From NCBI RefSeq assembly GCF_004765795.1, contig NZ_SBIV01000010.1:62001-103246 (forward strand): a DNA stretch of 41,246 nt. Direction: 5' to 3'. The first letter of the stretch is position 1. Each line of letters starts with the position of its first letter. The translations under genes and the position numbers were made by a program. This DNA is from Halorussus marinus. Lineage in GTDB: Archaea; Halobacteriota; Halobacteria; Halobacteriales; Haladaptataceae. Of this stretch, positions 1 through 10,176 are shown piece after piece. Below the pieces are notes generated by a model. That model worked only from the letters and a program-made list of their open reading frames with translations, had not been told where the DNA came from and made no database searches.

Positions 1-759
1 GGTGAGGTACTCGCCGTCCTCGCGCTCCTGCTCGTCTGCGGGGTAGAGGGTGAGCTCCACGTCGGCGACCCGATCGAGCGGCGGCTCGTCGGCCTCGGGG
101 TCGACGAAGTGTTCGAGCTCGGCCTGCGTAAACTCCCGGACCCGGATGATCGACTTCCGGGGGCTGATCTCGTTGCGATAGGCCTTGCCGATCTGGGTGA
201 TGCCGAACGGGAGCTGGTTGCGGGCGTACTCGGCGAGCTGGGGGAACTCCACGAAGATGCCCTGTGCGGTCTCGGGGCGCAGGTAACCCGGCGAGGAGCT
301 ACCCGGACCGATGTTGGTCTCGAACATGAGATTGAACTCCTCGACCGACTGGCCCGCCAGTTCGGCGTCGCAGTTCGGACACCGCAGGTCGTGGTCGGCG
401 ATGAGCGTCTCGACCTCCGGGATCGGGATGCTCTCGGCCTCCTCGATCTCGGTGTTGTCCTCGACGAGGTGGTCGGCGCGGTGGCTCTCGCCGCACTCGG
501 GGCACTCGACGAGCATGTCGTCGAAGCCGTCGAGGTGGCCCGACGCCTCGAAGACGGGCTCGGGCAGTACGGTCGGCGCGTCGATCTCGCGGTGGCCCTC
601 TCGCACCTGGAAACGCTCGCGCCACGCGTCCTCGACGTTCTGCTTGAGCGTCGCGCCCTCCGGGCCGTAGGTGTAAAAGCCCGAGACCCCGCCGTAGGCG
701 CCGGCCGACTGGAAGAAGTACCCCCGGCGCTTGGCTAGCTCCACCAGGTCCCGACTCAT
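1..759 (-). CDS. glyS: Glycine--tRNA ligase (N-terminal part; runs off the window)
   Basis: Not in the ORF track because it is truncated. The minus strand from ATG 759 reads MSRDLVELAKRRGYFFQSAGAYGGVSGFYTYGPEGATLKQN…, with later LRPETAQG and AQIGKAYRNEISPR motifs of archaeal/eukaryotic GlyRS. ATGA overlap with the upstream CBS gene. Confidence 0.95.
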   Translation of the reverse strand, partial: MSRDLVELAKRRGYFFQSAGAYGGVSGFYTYGPEGATLKQNVEDAWRERFQVREGHREIDAPTVLPEPVFEASGHLDGFDDMLVECPECGESHRADHLVEDNTEIEEAESIPIPEVETLIADHDLRCPNCDAELAGQSVEEFNLMFETNIGPGSSSPGYLRPETAQGIFVEFPQLAEYARNQLPFGITQIGKAYRNEISPRKSIIRVREFTQAELEHFVDPEADEPPLDRVADVELTLYPADEQEREDGEYLT

Positions 760-1604
760 CGCAGCGCCTCCAGCAGATTGATGTCCCGGACGATGCCGGT
801 GAGCTCGTCGCCGCTCACCAGCGGGATCTGCTCGATGTCGTTGCGGAGCATCATCTGGGCGGCCTCCTTGGCGGTCTTGGTGCCCGAGACGGTCACCACG
901 TCCGCGGTCATGAACTCCGCGACCGGCGCGGCCGGGATCTCGACGTTCCGGGTCGGGAGGTAGCGCTTGCCGACCGCCTTGATCGACTCCCACTTCCAGT
1001 CGTCGTCGTCGTCGGCGATCGAGTCGCCGGTGTCGGCCTCGCCCTCGACCACGCGGGCCACGTCGATGATGTCGACCTCGGTCAGCACGCCGTCCATCTC
1101 GCCCGCGTCGTCGAGCACGACGGCGTACGGGAGGTTGGCGTAGTAGAGTTCGCGCTCGGCGACCGTCAGCGGCACCTGATCGTGGGTGGTGTTGACGTCG
1201 CGGGCCGCGAGGTCGCCGACCGCGGTGGACCCCTCGGCGTCGCCGTCGGCGATCGCCCGGATCACGTCGGTGACGGTGACGATCCCCTCGAGCCGACCGT
1301 CGACCACCGGGACCCGGCGGGTCCCCGATTCGACCATCAGGGACGCCGCCTCCTCGATGGTCGCGTCCTGCGTCGTGGACGGGACCTCCCGCATCAACAG
1401 CGCGAGCTGGTCCTCGTCGGGGTTCTCGATGAGGTCGTCTCGGGAGATGAGTCCGCGGAACTGCTCGCCCTCGTCGGTGTGTTTGATCACGGGAACAGAC
1501 GAGAACGACCGTTCCTGCAGGTATTCGAGCACGTCGTCGCGGGTGCCCGGAAGTTCGACAGTGACGACATCCGAGCGGGGCGTCATGGCTTCGCCGACGT
1601 TCAT
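756..1604 (-). CDS. CBS-domain protein (tandem CBS pairs)
   Basis: 282-aa acidic ORF with repeated CBS motifs (FSSVPVI, RRVPVVDGRLEGIVT, IEQIPLVSGDELTGIV). Confidence 0.9.
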   Translation of the reverse strand: MNVGEAMTPRSDVVTVELPGTRDDVLEYLQERSFSSVPVIKHTDEGEQFRGLISRDDLIENPDEDQLALLMREVPSTTQDATIEEAASLMVESGTRRVPVVDGRLEGIVTVTDVIRAIADGDAEGSTAVGDLAARDVNTTHDQVPLTVAERELYYANLPYAVVLDDAGEMDGVLTEVDIIDVARVVEGEADTGDSIADDDDDWKWESIKAVGKRYLPTRNVEIPAAPVAEFMTADVVTVSGTKTAKEAAQMMLRNDIEQIPLVSGDELTGIVRDINLLEALR

Positions 1605-1705
1605 GTTCGCCGCGTACGGGTTGGGCCTTCTTGTAGTCTACGAACACGAGAGCGCCTCGACGCGCTCGCTCGGCGGGGCGGCTCGCGGAGAAACTGGGAG
1701 ACAGG

Positions 1706-2281
1706 TCACTCGTCGTCGGACGAATCGGCGCCGAAGTCGACCTCGTAGTCCTCGTAGCGGTGGGGGTTCGGGAAGAAGTGTTCGACCTCGTCGTGGCGGA
1801 ACGACGCGAGGTGGGTCTTGTCGAGCTTCTGGAGGTGGGTGTACATATCTTCTTCTTCGAGCGCGGTCTTGACCAGCCCCGGCGCGTGGCGCAGTTCGAA
1901 GTTGCCCGCGATCAGGATGGCCTGCTCGGTTTCGGGATCGAGCAGTTGGGTCACCATGAACACTCGGCCCTGCATCTCTTTGCGGAACACCCGGTACTGC
2001 GGGAACGCCCCCGTCTCGACGGTCTCTTCGATGTCGTCGGCCTTGTTGCCCGGAACGACGTGGACCAACCCGAACCGGTCGGTCGCGCCCGCGTCGGGGT
2101 TCGTCGGCGCGGTGTGACCCGCCGGAATCGTCAGCACGTCCCACCCCTCGTCTTCGAGGTCCTCGGCGATCGCGTTCATGTCCTCGACGGTCTGTTGCCA
2201 CGCGTTGCTGTGGACGTCGGCGCTGGCCGCGATCCGCTCGGCGTAGTCGGGGCCCTCGTCGCCCGTCCCGGTTTCGGTCAT
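1706..2281 (-). CDS. Conserved haloarchaeal hypothetical protein
   Basis: 191-aa acidic ORF with typical haloarchaeal codon usage, following the dpp cluster. Confidence 0.8.
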   Translation of the reverse strand: MTETGTGDEGPDYAERIAASADVHSNAWQQTVEDMNAIAEDLEDEGWDVLTIPAGHTAPTNPDAGATDRFGLVHVVPGNKADDIEETVETGAFPQYRVFRKEMQGRVFMVTQLLDPETEQAILIAGNFELRHAPGLVKTALEEEDMYTHLQKLDKTHLASFRHDEVEHFFPNPHRYEDYEVDFGADSSDDE

Positions 2282-2332
2282 GTGTACGCGTCTCGACCCG
2301 CTGGCGGTAAAAGCTGTTGTTCGAACCCGGGG

Positions 2333-2779
2333 TCAGGCCGCGACCCCGAACACCGTCTCCAGCGCGTAGGACCACCCGAGCACCGCGAGGCTCGCGAGAA
2401 ACAGCTTCGCACCGGGCGACAGCCGGTCGTCGGGCGCCAGCGAGTACCGCGACAGCGGCGGAATCCGCTGGACGGCCGCCTGAAACCGGGTCTCCTCGCG
2501 GGAGCCGACGACCCGACCCGACGAGTCGTTCTCGACGACGCGGATCTCGCCGTCCTCGCCCGACTCGGTTCCCCACGGCGGGGCGGGTCGGAGCTTGAAC
2601 GTCCCGTAGCCGAACAGGAGGAGGCCGACGACGAACATCACGAACTTCGCGGTCACCAGCGCTCCGCCGACCGCGACGCCGACCGCGACGCCGACGAGGA
2701 ACACGACCGCGGCGACTGCGAGCGCGTACACCGCGGCGTCGAGGGCCTGTCGAGCGCGGTTCGGGGCGGTCTGAGACAT
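2333..2779 (-). CDS. Small membrane protein at the end of the dpp operon
   Basis: 148 aa with three hydrophobic segments; start overlaps the dppF stop. Confidence 0.8.
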   Translation of the reverse strand: MSQTAPNRARQALDAAVYALAVAAVVFLVGVAVGVAVGGALVTAKFVMFVVGLLLFGYGTFKLRPAPPWGTESGEDGEIRVVENDSSGRVVGSREETRFQAAVQRIPPLSRYSLAPDDRLSPGAKLFLASLAVLGWSYALETVFGVAA

Positions 2780-4110
2780 CAGCGTTCGGTGTAGGGCGTG
2801 AACTCGTCGGGCTCCTGGTAGTCGGGCAGATGACGGTGACAGTTGCTCGTCCGGCCGGTGTCACTCACGACGTGCATCGACGGGTCCTCGGCGTCACAGA
2901 TGCTCCCGAACTCGTCGGCGAGATATTCGCGGGCGGCGTGCTCGTCGTTTTGCTCGACGTGGTTCGCCGCGACCTCGACGTGTTCGCGGACGCGGCTCGG
3001 CACGTCGAGATCGCCGAACAGCTCGGTCCGGATCTCGTCGATGTCGGAGAACCGCGTCTCCATCCCGAGTTTCTCTTTGGCGATCTCCGTGAGGCTCTTC
3101 TCGGCGCGGGCGCGCTCGCGGAGCACCTCCCGGAACACCTCGATGGCGACCCAGAGGTCCGGGTCGATGTCCTCGTACTTTTCGGGCCGGATCTTCATCG
3201 GACACCGGGTCGTGAACGGACAGCCCGCCGGCGGGTCCCGCGGGCTCGGCGGCGTCCCGCGAAGCGTGACCCGCTCTTTGTCGGCGGTCGGGTCCGGCTC
3301 CGGAATCGCCGACAGCAGCGAGTGAGTGTAGGGGTTCTTCGGGTTGGCGAACATCTCCTCGGTCTCGCCGAGCTCCATGACGTTCCCGAGGTACATCACC
3401 GCGACCCGGTCGCAGATGTGGCGGACGACCGAGAGGTCGTGGGCGATGAACAGGTAGGTCAGCCCGAACTCGTCTTGGAGGTCCTCGAGGAGGTTCAGGA
3501 TCTGGGCCTGCACGCTCACGTCGAGGGCCGACACCGGCTCGTCGAGCACCACGAACTCGGGTTCGAGCGCCAGCGCCCGCGCGATGCCGATCCGCTGGCG
3601 CTGGCCCCCCGAGAACTGGTGGGGATACCGGTAGTAGTGCTCGGGCTGAAGCCCGACCACGTCGAGCAGTTCCCGGACCCGTTCGCGGCGCTCCTGGGGC
3701 GTCTCCCAGTCGTGGACGTCGAGGGGCTCGCGGATGATCTCGCCGACCGTCATCCGGTCGTTGAGGCTGGACTCGGGGTCCTGAAACACCATCTGGCTGT
3801 TGCGCCGCCAGTTTTTGAGTTCCGTGCCCGACAGCTCCGTCACGTCGGTGCCGTCGAAAAGCACCTCGCCGGCGGTCGCGTCTTCGAGTTGGATGAGCGT
3901 CCGGCCGAGCGTGGTCTTCCCACAGCCGGACTCGCCGACCAGCCCCAGGGTCTCGCCGCGCTTTATCTCGAAGTCGACGCCGTCGACCGCCTTGACGGGG
4001 TTCGAGTCGATGATACCGCCGTCGTCGTAGTAGGTCTTCAGCCCGTTGACGTCCACGAGCGTCTCGCCCGTCTGGACGCCAACCGACTCCTGTCGTACTT
4101 GTTCGCTCAT
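2779..4110 (-). CDS. dppF: Peptide ABC transporter ATP-binding subunit
   Basis: Walker [10 protein letters not shown], signature FSGGQRQR, Walker B VVLDEP, C-terminal GCPFTTRCP. Confidence 0.93.
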   Translation of the reverse strand: MSEQVRQESVGVQTGETLVDVNGLKTYYDDGGIIDSNPVKAVDGVDFEIKRGETLGLVGESGCGKTTLGRTLIQLEDATAGEVLFDGTDVTELSGTELKNWRRNSQMVFQDPESSLNDRMTVGEIIREPLDVHDWETPQERRERVRELLDVVGLQPEHYYRYPHQFSGGQRQRIGIARALALEPEFVVLDEPVSALDVSVQAQILNLLEDLQDEFGLTYLFIAHDLSVVRHICDRVAVMYLGNVMELGETEEMFANPKNPYTHSLLSAIPEPDPTADKERVTLRGTPPSPRDPPAGCPFTTRCPMKIRPEKYEDIDPDLWVAIEVFREVLRERARAEKSLTEIAKEKLGMETRFSDIDEIRTELFGDLDVPSRVREHVEVAANHVEQNDEHAAREYLADEFGSICDAEDPSMHVVSDTGRTSNCHRHLPDYQEPDEFTPYTER

Positions 4111-5189
4111 CGGTCGGTCACCTCCTCGCCGTCGCCGCGCCGCTCGTGCAGTTCGACCGCCTCGGCCTCCGAGACGTCCTCGGGGTACAGCAGGCAGGCG
4201 GCGGTGTGATCGTCAGCGCCGTCGGTGACCGCGACCGGCTCGGGGTGGACCCGCGTACACTCCTCGAACGCCTTCGGGCACCGGGGTTCGAACCGACAGT
4301 AGGTCGCGGGCTCGTTCGGCGTCGGCACGTCGCCTTCGATCGTTTCGAGCCGATCGGCGCCGGGCTGGTTGCCCGGGATCGAGTTCAACAGCCCCTCCGT
4401 GTAGGGGTGTCGGGGGTTCGCGAACAGCTCCTCGACCGGCGCGGTCTCGACGATCTCGCCGGCGTACATCACGTTGACGCGGTCCGAGATCTCCGCGATC
4501 ACGCCCATGTCGTGGGTGATGAACATGATCGCGAGGTCCCGCTCCTCCTGGATGTCGTCGAGCAACTCCAGGATCTGGGCCTGGATGGTCACGTCGAGCG
4601 CCGTGGTCGGCTCGTCGCAGATCAGCAACTCGGGATCGCAGGCAAGCGCCATCGCGATGACGGCGCGCTGGCGCATCCCGCCGGAGAACTCGTGGGGGTA
4701 CTCGTTGACCCGCCGGGCGGCGTCCGGGATGCCGACCGCTTCGAGCAGGTCGATCGCCTCCTCGGTCGCCTCGGCCCCGCGCATGTCCTGGTGGAGCCGG
4801 AGGGACTCTTTGATCTGGTTGCCGACGGTGTACACCGGGTTCAGGCTCGTCAGCGGGTCCTGAAACACCATCGCGATGTCGCCGCCCCGGATCGAGCGGT
4901 ACTCCTTTTCGGACTTGTCGGTGAGTTCCTCGCCGTCGAACCGGATGGAACTGCCCTCGAGCACCCGGCCGGGCGAGTCGACGAGCCCCATGATCGAACG
5001 GGCGGTCACGCTCTTGCCCGACCCGGACTCGCCGACGACGCCGACCGTCTCGCCGCGCTCGATGTCGAAGCTCACGCCGTCGACCGCGCGGATGACCTCC
5101 TTGTCGGTGAAGAAGGCGGTCTGGAGGTTCTCGATCGACAGCAACGGCTCGGACTCGCCGCGAGTCGCCGTCGCGTCGGTTCGGGCCAT
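4107..5189 (-). CDS. dppD: Peptide ABC transporter ATP-binding subunit
   Basis: [28 protein letters not shown]-terminal CRFEPRCP…C…C. Confidence 0.93.
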   Translation of the reverse strand: MARTDATATRGESEPLLSIENLQTAFFTDKEVIRAVDGVSFDIERGETVGVVGESGSGKSVTARSIMGLVDSPGRVLEGSSIRFDGEELTDKSEKEYRSIRGGDIAMVFQDPLTSLNPVYTVGNQIKESLRLHQDMRGAEATEEAIDLLEAVGIPDAARRVNEYPHEFSGGMRQRAVIAMALACDPELLICDEPTTALDVTIQAQILELLDDIQEERDLAIMFITHDMGVIAEISDRVNVMYAGEIVETAPVEELFANPRHPYTEGLLNSIPGNQPGADRLETIEGDVPTPNEPATYCRFEPRCPKAFEECTRVHPEPVAVTDGADDHTAACLLYPEDVSEAEAVELHERRGDGEEVTDR

Positions 5190-6586
5190 CAGGCACCACC
5201 TCCGCCGGCCGCGACGGCCTCACTGCCCTCGCCTTCGCCCCCTTCGCTCTGGGGGTCGATCGCGTCGCGGATGCCGTCGCCCAGCGCGTTGAACGCGGTC
5301 ACCACCAGCACGATGAGGATGCCGGGGATGAACGAGATGTGCCACGACGTCGTGGTGACGTACGACTGGCCGATGTCGATCGCCCGTCCCCACTCGGGCG
5401 TCGGCGCGCTGACGCCGAGGCCGAGGAACGACAGGCCCGCGACGCCGATGATGATACCCCCGAGGCTCATCGAGGAGTACACCAGCAGATACCCCAGGAT
5501 GTACGGCGCCATGTGTTTCTGCATCGTTATCCGGGGTTTCTGTCCGAAGCTTTTGGCGGCGTCGATCCACTCCTGTTCGGCGATCTGGAACGCCGGACCG
5601 CGGACCGCGCGCCACAGGATCGGCCACCCGGTCGCCGCGAAGATGAGCGCCAACAGCAAGCCGCCGCTGTAGATGCCCGCGATCCACGTATCGGCGAGCA
5701 CGACCGACAGCAACATCACGAACAGGAGCCGCGGCAGCGACATGATCGAGTCGCCGGTGATGACGACCGCGAGATCGACCAGCCCCTTGTAGTAGGCGGT
5801 CAGTAGCGCGAACGACGCCGCGATGAAACCGCTCAGCCCGATCGAGAGGAGCCCGATGAACAGCGACACCCGGGCGCCGGCCGCCATGAACGTGAACATG
5901 TCTTTGCCGGACGGTAACGTCCCGAACGGGTGGAACCGGCCGTACTCGTCGTACTGCATCACGCCGACGTTCTGGTCGGGGGTCCCCTGCGAGCGGGCGC
6001 CGAGGTTCGCCTGCCCGACCGTGACGTTGGCCAGTTCGCCGTTCTCGTCGTAGTAGTCGACCGTGTAGGAGTACGGGTCCTGAATGGTGCGTTCGACCGT
6101 CGTCGGGCCGAGCGCGGGAGCAAACATCGCCATGATCACGAACGCGAACACGATCACGGCGCCGAACTGTCCCCAGCGGTGGCCCCGAAGTCGGTCGATC
6201 ATGTCGTCGCGGGGCGTCCAGTCGGCGTAGCGGTAGTGCTCACGGAAGACGAGATAGCCACGCCAGAGCCACCAGGTACAGACGATGGCGTAGACGTAGA
6301 CGAGCGCGACCCGAATACCCCACGCGACCGCGGGCGACAGCCCGAGGAACGTCTCCTTCCAGACGCCGGCAGGCGTCTGGAACCCGTTGTTCGGGATGAG
6401 CTCTCGCGAGAGCAGGGTCGGGAGTTCCATACCGGGACCGAACAGGCCGGTCACGAAGTTGACGACCGCGCCGGCCTCCAGCGCGAACAGCAACAGCGCG
6501 CCCGCGAGCCACCGCATCGCCGGCCCGGGGTCGTCTTGAATCCGTTCGAGCAGCGTCGCTTCCTCTGGATCGTCTGTCACGCTCAT
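5189..6586 (-). CDS. dppC: Peptide ABC transporter permease
   Basis: HPFGT…G.D motif, EAA-type loop (EWIDAAKSFG), end ALGDGIRDAIDP. Start placed at ATG 6586, just after the dppB stop and a GGAGGT SD. Confidence 0.9.
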   Translation of the reverse strand: MSVTDDPEEATLLERIQDDPGPAMRWLAGALLLFALEAGAVVNFVTGLFGPGMELPTLLSRELIPNNGFQTPAGVWKETFLGLSPAVAWGIRVALVYVYAIVCTWWLWRGYLVFREHYRYADWTPRDDMIDRLRGHRWGQFGAVIVFAFVIMAMFAPALGPTTVERTIQDPYSYTVDYYDENGELANVTVGQANLGARSQGTPDQNVGVMQYDEYGRFHPFGTLPSGKDMFTFMAAGARVSLFIGLLSIGLSGFIAASFALLTAYYKGLVDLAVVITGDSIMSLPRLLFVMLLSVVLADTWIAGIYSGGLLLALIFAATGWPILWRAVRGPAFQIAEQEWIDAAKSFGQKPRITMQKHMAPYILGYLLVYSSMSLGGIIIGVAGLSFLGLGVSAPTPEWGRAIDIGQSYVTTTSWHISFIPGILIVLVVTAFNALGDGIRDAIDPQSEGGEGEGSEAVAAGGGGA

Positions 6587-6587
6587 A

Positions 6588-7616
6588 TCAGGCACCTCCG
6601 TCGTAGCCGACTCGGGGATCGATTATCGTGTACAGCAGGTCCTGGACGATGTTGATGACGACGACGAGCAGGATGAACACGAACATCAGCGAGCCCACCA
6701 GCGGCATGTCGCCGTTCTGGATGCCCTGGAAGAACAGGTAGCCGATGCCGCTGATGTTGAACACCGTCTCGACGAGCACCGAGCCGCCGATGAGCAAGAA
6801 CGCCTCGCCCGTGATGATCGGCACGAGCGGGATCAGGGCGTTCCGGAAGATGTGTTTCCACACCAGCGACCGCGGCGGGACGCCTTTGGCCTTCGCGGTC
6901 TCGATGAAGTTTGAGTTGACCGTCTCGAGGACCGCGGTCCGACCGATACGCATCTCGTTGCCCATCGACGCCGACCCGAGGACGATGGCGGCCGGCGCGA
7001 TCTTCTTGAGCGCGGGGAAGAAGTGGTCGGGACTGGTGAGCAACGTCACGAGGTCGCCGGGAAGCGGCGGCGGTCCGGTCACGTTCGTCTCGTAGAGCCA
7101 GTTCTGCCAGCTGAATCCGAACAGGCTCTGGGACTGCGAGAGGACGCTCATCAGGATGACCGCCAGCCAGAAGTTCGGCATGGCGCGCCAGACGATGCCG
7201 CCGAACGAGGCGAGGTAGTCGCTGAACGTGTTGGGGTTCAGGCCGGCGTAGAACCCGAGCGGGATGCCGATGAAGACCGCGATGAGCACCGACCAGAACC
7301 CGAGCCAGATAGTTCGGGGCGCGTAGGAAGCCAGAAGCGAGTACACGTCGCGCTCGGGCTGGACGACCCACGATTCGCCGAGCTGGAAGGTGAAGAGGTC
7401 GACCATGTAGTCGATGTACTGTCGCCACAGCGGTTCGTTCAGTCCGAGTTGCTCTCGAATCCGGTTGTACGCCTGGGGATCACCCTGCGGGCCGATGATC
7501 GCCGACACCGGGTCGAGCGGTCCCGCCCGGATGACCAGAAAGGTGATCGAAGCCCCGAACACGAGCACCGGGACCGACAACAGCAGCCGCTTGCCGAAGT
7601 ACTGCCAGCGACTCAC
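6588..7616 (-). CDS. dppB: Peptide ABC transporter permease
   Basis: LGLNEPLWRQY, ETAKAKG…KHIFRNALIP, end DLLYTIIDPRV. GTG start with a GGTGA SD. Confidence 0.92.
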   Translation of the reverse strand: MSRWQYFGKRLLLSVPVLVFGASITFLVIRAGPLDPVSAIIGPQGDPQAYNRIREQLGLNEPLWRQYIDYMVDLFTFQLGESWVVQPERDVYSLLASYAPRTIWLGFWSVLIAVFIGIPLGFYAGLNPNTFSDYLASFGGIVWRAMPNFWLAVILMSVLSQSQSLFGFSWQNWLYETNVTGPPPLPGDLVTLLTSPDHFFPALKKIAPAAIVLGSASMGNEMRIGRTAVLETVNSNFIETAKAKGVPPRSLVWKHIFRNALIPLVPIITGEAFLLIGGSVLVETVFNISGIGYLFFQGIQNGDMPLVGSLMFVFILLVVVINIVQDLLYTIIDPRVGYDGGA

Positions 7617-7684
7617 GGCACATCACCGCCGCCCCCACGGCAATGAGTGTCGAGTGGTACGTGTCCACTTTGGACTGCGAGCAT
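7613..7684 (-). CDS. Putative 23-aa leaderless uORF (MLAVQSGHVPLDTHCRGGGGDVP) coupled to dppB
   Basis: ATG 7684 lies about 26-31 nt below a CATAAT box with an A-rich BRE-like segment; its TGA overlaps the dppB GTG (GTGA). Confidence 0.4.
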   Translation of the reverse strand: MLAVQSGHVPLDTHCRGGGGDVP

Positions 7685-7820
7685 GCGTGATGAATTTGAT
7701 GGTCCTCTCATTATGTCTTGCGTTTTCTGTATCCGAAATCGCGGCCGCAGACGGTTCTAAGCGGCCGAAAGCTGTCGAGCCGTGCGACGAAAGAAGCGCG
7801 TTCGAAACCGCGAGACCGGG

Positions 7821-9668
7821 TCAGTTGCGCTCGCCGACGCTCACGTCGTTGAGCAGCTGGCGGGTCGGACCCGCACCGCCGAACGGTTCGATGTCGACCC
7901 AGTCGTACCAGAAGCGGTCCTTGTAGTCGTGGAACAGCGTCAGCATCGCGACGTCCTCCCAGTTGGCCTCCTCCATCTCGATGGCGGCATCGTCGCGGGC
8001 CTGCTGGGCCTCGTCGGTCGGCTGGGGGTTGCTCGAGATGGTCTGCCAGGCCTCGGCCGCCCGGTCGGACGCGTCGGTCCCCTGCCAGTTGATGTAGGAG
8101 ACGGGTGCGTCCGAGGAGGTGTCGGTTTGGGGCGGGTTGAGCAGCTGGAGGAAGTTGTCCGGCGCGGGCCAGTCCATGAGCCAGCCGAGCGTGTACACTT
8201 CGAGCTTGCCGTTGAGCCCCTGCTTGCGCAACGCCGCGAACGGCGCGACGTCGACGGTGACGTCGATGTACGCGCTGGTGAGCTTGTCGCGGAGCAGGCG
8301 TGCGGTCTCCTGGAAGACCGGCGACGACTCGTAGGCCGTGATCGTGACTTCGGCGCGGTTGTCCTCGCCGTAGCCGGCCTCCTCCATGATCTCGCGGGCC
8401 TTGTCGAGGCGGGTCTCGGTGCTACCGTACGGGTAGTCCTTGGCGTGTTCGTCGTAGCCGGTGGCGCCGCCGGGGAAGATCGCCGGCGGAACGAAGTGCG
8501 ATGCGGGCTTGACGGTGCCCTTGAACACGTCCTCGGCGAGCGACTGGTGGTTGGCCGCGTACGCGAACGCCTGCCGGACGGGCTTGTCGACTTTCTCGAC
8601 GTTGAATCCGAGGTAGTAGTTGCCGATGGTCGACGTCCGGACCATGTTCACCGTCTCGCCGTTGCGGATCTCTCCGTACGAGCCGAGCGTGGAGGACCCG
8701 CCGTTGGCGTCCCCGCCGTCGAGCGACATCTTCGACGGATCGAACTTGTTGGTGGGGATGGGGAAGTAGTCCGCGTTCTTGTTCATCGCGTAGTTGTACC
8801 GAGCGTTCGCGTCGGTCACGATGTTCCAATGGATCCCGTCGACCTTCGGGACGGTGCCGTGGTAGTCCTCGAAGCTCTGGGCCATGGCTTCGGTGTCGGG
8901 CGACCAGCTCTCGAACTGGAACGGACCCGCGCCGACGGGGTCTTTCCCGAACTCGCCCTGCTCCATCTCGCCCTCGTAGCCGTCGATGTCGCCCACGATT
9001 CCTTCGGGGACGACCGCGAAGGACGTGTACGCGATGACTTCGGGGACCGAGTGGAACGGCTCGGAGATGGTCATCTCGACGGTGTAGTCGTCGACGGCCT
9101 CGACCGCCATGCTCCCAGGCTTGTAGACCTCTCTTTCCTCGCCGTCGTCGGTGGTCTTGGTGGTCGTCTCGTGCTCGACGCCGATCGAGTCGAGGATGAA
9201 GTACGCGCGCTTGGAGGCGTCGGAGGCCGCGAGACGCTCCCACGAGTAGACGACGTCGTCGGCGGTGACGTCGTCGCCGTTGTGGAACGTCGCGTTCTCG
9301 TTGAGTTCGAAGGTGTAGGTCTTCAGATCCTCGGAGATCGAGTAGTCCGTCGCCAGACGGGGCTCGACGGTCGCCGTGGCGTTGGCGTAGTTCATCAGGG
9401 GCTCGTGGATCTGCTGAATGACCTGCCCCTCGGAGGTGCCCGTCGCCGCGATGGGGTCGAGCGTCGACATCGTGCTGTTCGTCAGCCGGAGGTACGTCCC
9501 GTCGAGGTCTTCGGCGACCTCCTCGGTCCCGTCGGTTTCGTTGCCGGCCGACTCGTCGGTCGTCTCGTCGCCGGTGTCGCCGGTACAGCCGGCGAGCGCG
9601 ACAGCCGATGCCGCACCGCCCGTCGCCTGCAAGAAGCGACGACGGCTCAGATTGTCAGTATCTGTCAT
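7821..9668 (-). CDS. dppA: Peptide ABC transporter substrate-binding lipoprotein (Tat-exported)
   Basis: Twin-arginine signal SRRRFLQ, lipobox LAGC, family-5 SBP motifs (FHNGDDVTADDVVYS, PVGAGPF, VRQAFAYA). Confidence 0.93.
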   Translation of the reverse strand: MTDTDNLSRRRFLQATGGAASAVALAGCTGDTGDETTDESAGNETDGTEEVAEDLDGTYLRLTNSTMSTLDPIAATGTSEGQVIQQIHEPLMNYANATATVEPRLATDYSISEDLKTYTFELNENATFHNGDDVTADDVVYSWERLAASDASKRAYFILDSIGVEHETTTKTTDDGEEREVYKPGSMAVEAVDDYTVEMTISEPFHSVPEVIAYTSFAVVPEGIVGDIDGYEGEMEQGEFGKDPVGAGPFQFESWSPDTEAMAQSFEDYHGTVPKVDGIHWNIVTDANARYNYAMNKNADYFPIPTNKFDPSKMSLDGGDANGGSSTLGSYGEIRNGETVNMVRTSTIGNYYLGFNVEKVDKPVRQAFAYAANHQSLAEDVFKGTVKPASHFVPPAIFPGGATGYDEHAKDYPYGSTETRLDKAREIMEEAGYGEDNRAEVTITAYESSPVFQETARLLRDKLTSAYIDVTVDVAPFAALRKQGLNGKLEVYTLGWLMDWPAPDNFLQLLNPPQTDTSSDAPVSYINWQGTDASDRAAEAWQTISSNPQPTDEAQQARDDAAIEMEEANWEDVAMLTLFHDYKDRFWYDWVDIEPFGGAGPTRQLLNDVSVGERN

Positions 9669-9907
9669 CCAACCGCTCCTTGAAAACCGACGCGGATAAA
9701 TTTACCGTTTGGAATTAGATGTTGCTCTCAGTTTCCGTTCATAACGCGTCGCTGTCGTAGCTTTTCTGCGCTAACCGAGCGCGCGATCGTCGAGCCGACC
9801 AGATCCCGGTGCCGGCGCGTCGCCCCCGGACTCCGAAGCGCGGCCGACCGGCGTCGGCGCCGGGGTCGTTTCGGAGCGTTTATACGCCGTGATACCAAGT
9901 GTCACAT

Positions 9908-10078
9908 ATGGCCCCCAACACGGCCACCGCGTCCGAAGCTCTCGCAGAGCGCGAAGTCATGGCCTCGGTCGACGACGACGGACGGACGGAGCGACTCATC
10001 ATCGCTGACACCACCGCAGATGGGGCGTGGCTTTCGATCCCGGTATCGGAGGGCGTCTCTCTCCGAGAGTGGGAGTAA
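9908..10078 (+). CDS. Small acidic haloarchaeal protein, 56 aa (MAPNTATASEALAEREVMASVDDDGRTERLIIADTTADGAWLSIPVSEGVSLREWE)
   Basis: Below the ORF-track cutoff. TTTATA box at about 9879-9884, at leaderless spacing. The 'IIAD…D.AWLS' pattern resembles a small haloarchaeal family (recalled, not searched). Confidence 0.8.
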   Translation: MAPNTATASEALAEREVMASVDDDGRTERLIIADTTADGAWLSIPVSEGVSLREWE

Positions 10079-10176
10079 TCGGTCGGACCCGACAGCAGGG
10101 GGACGACGGCATCGGTCCCGCGGCGGTAACGCGCCAATACTCAACCTTTTTGCCGCAGGTGTTCGTTCTCGTGAGT

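Noticed and set aside
7782..9683. Long antisense or alternate-frame ORFs (e.g. 7782-9683 +, 19361-20926 +, 32497-34476 -, 29823-31565 -)
   Set aside because: Shadow ORFs of high-GC genes with strong codon bias; Arg/Val-rich, no motifs, fully overlapping well-supported genes.
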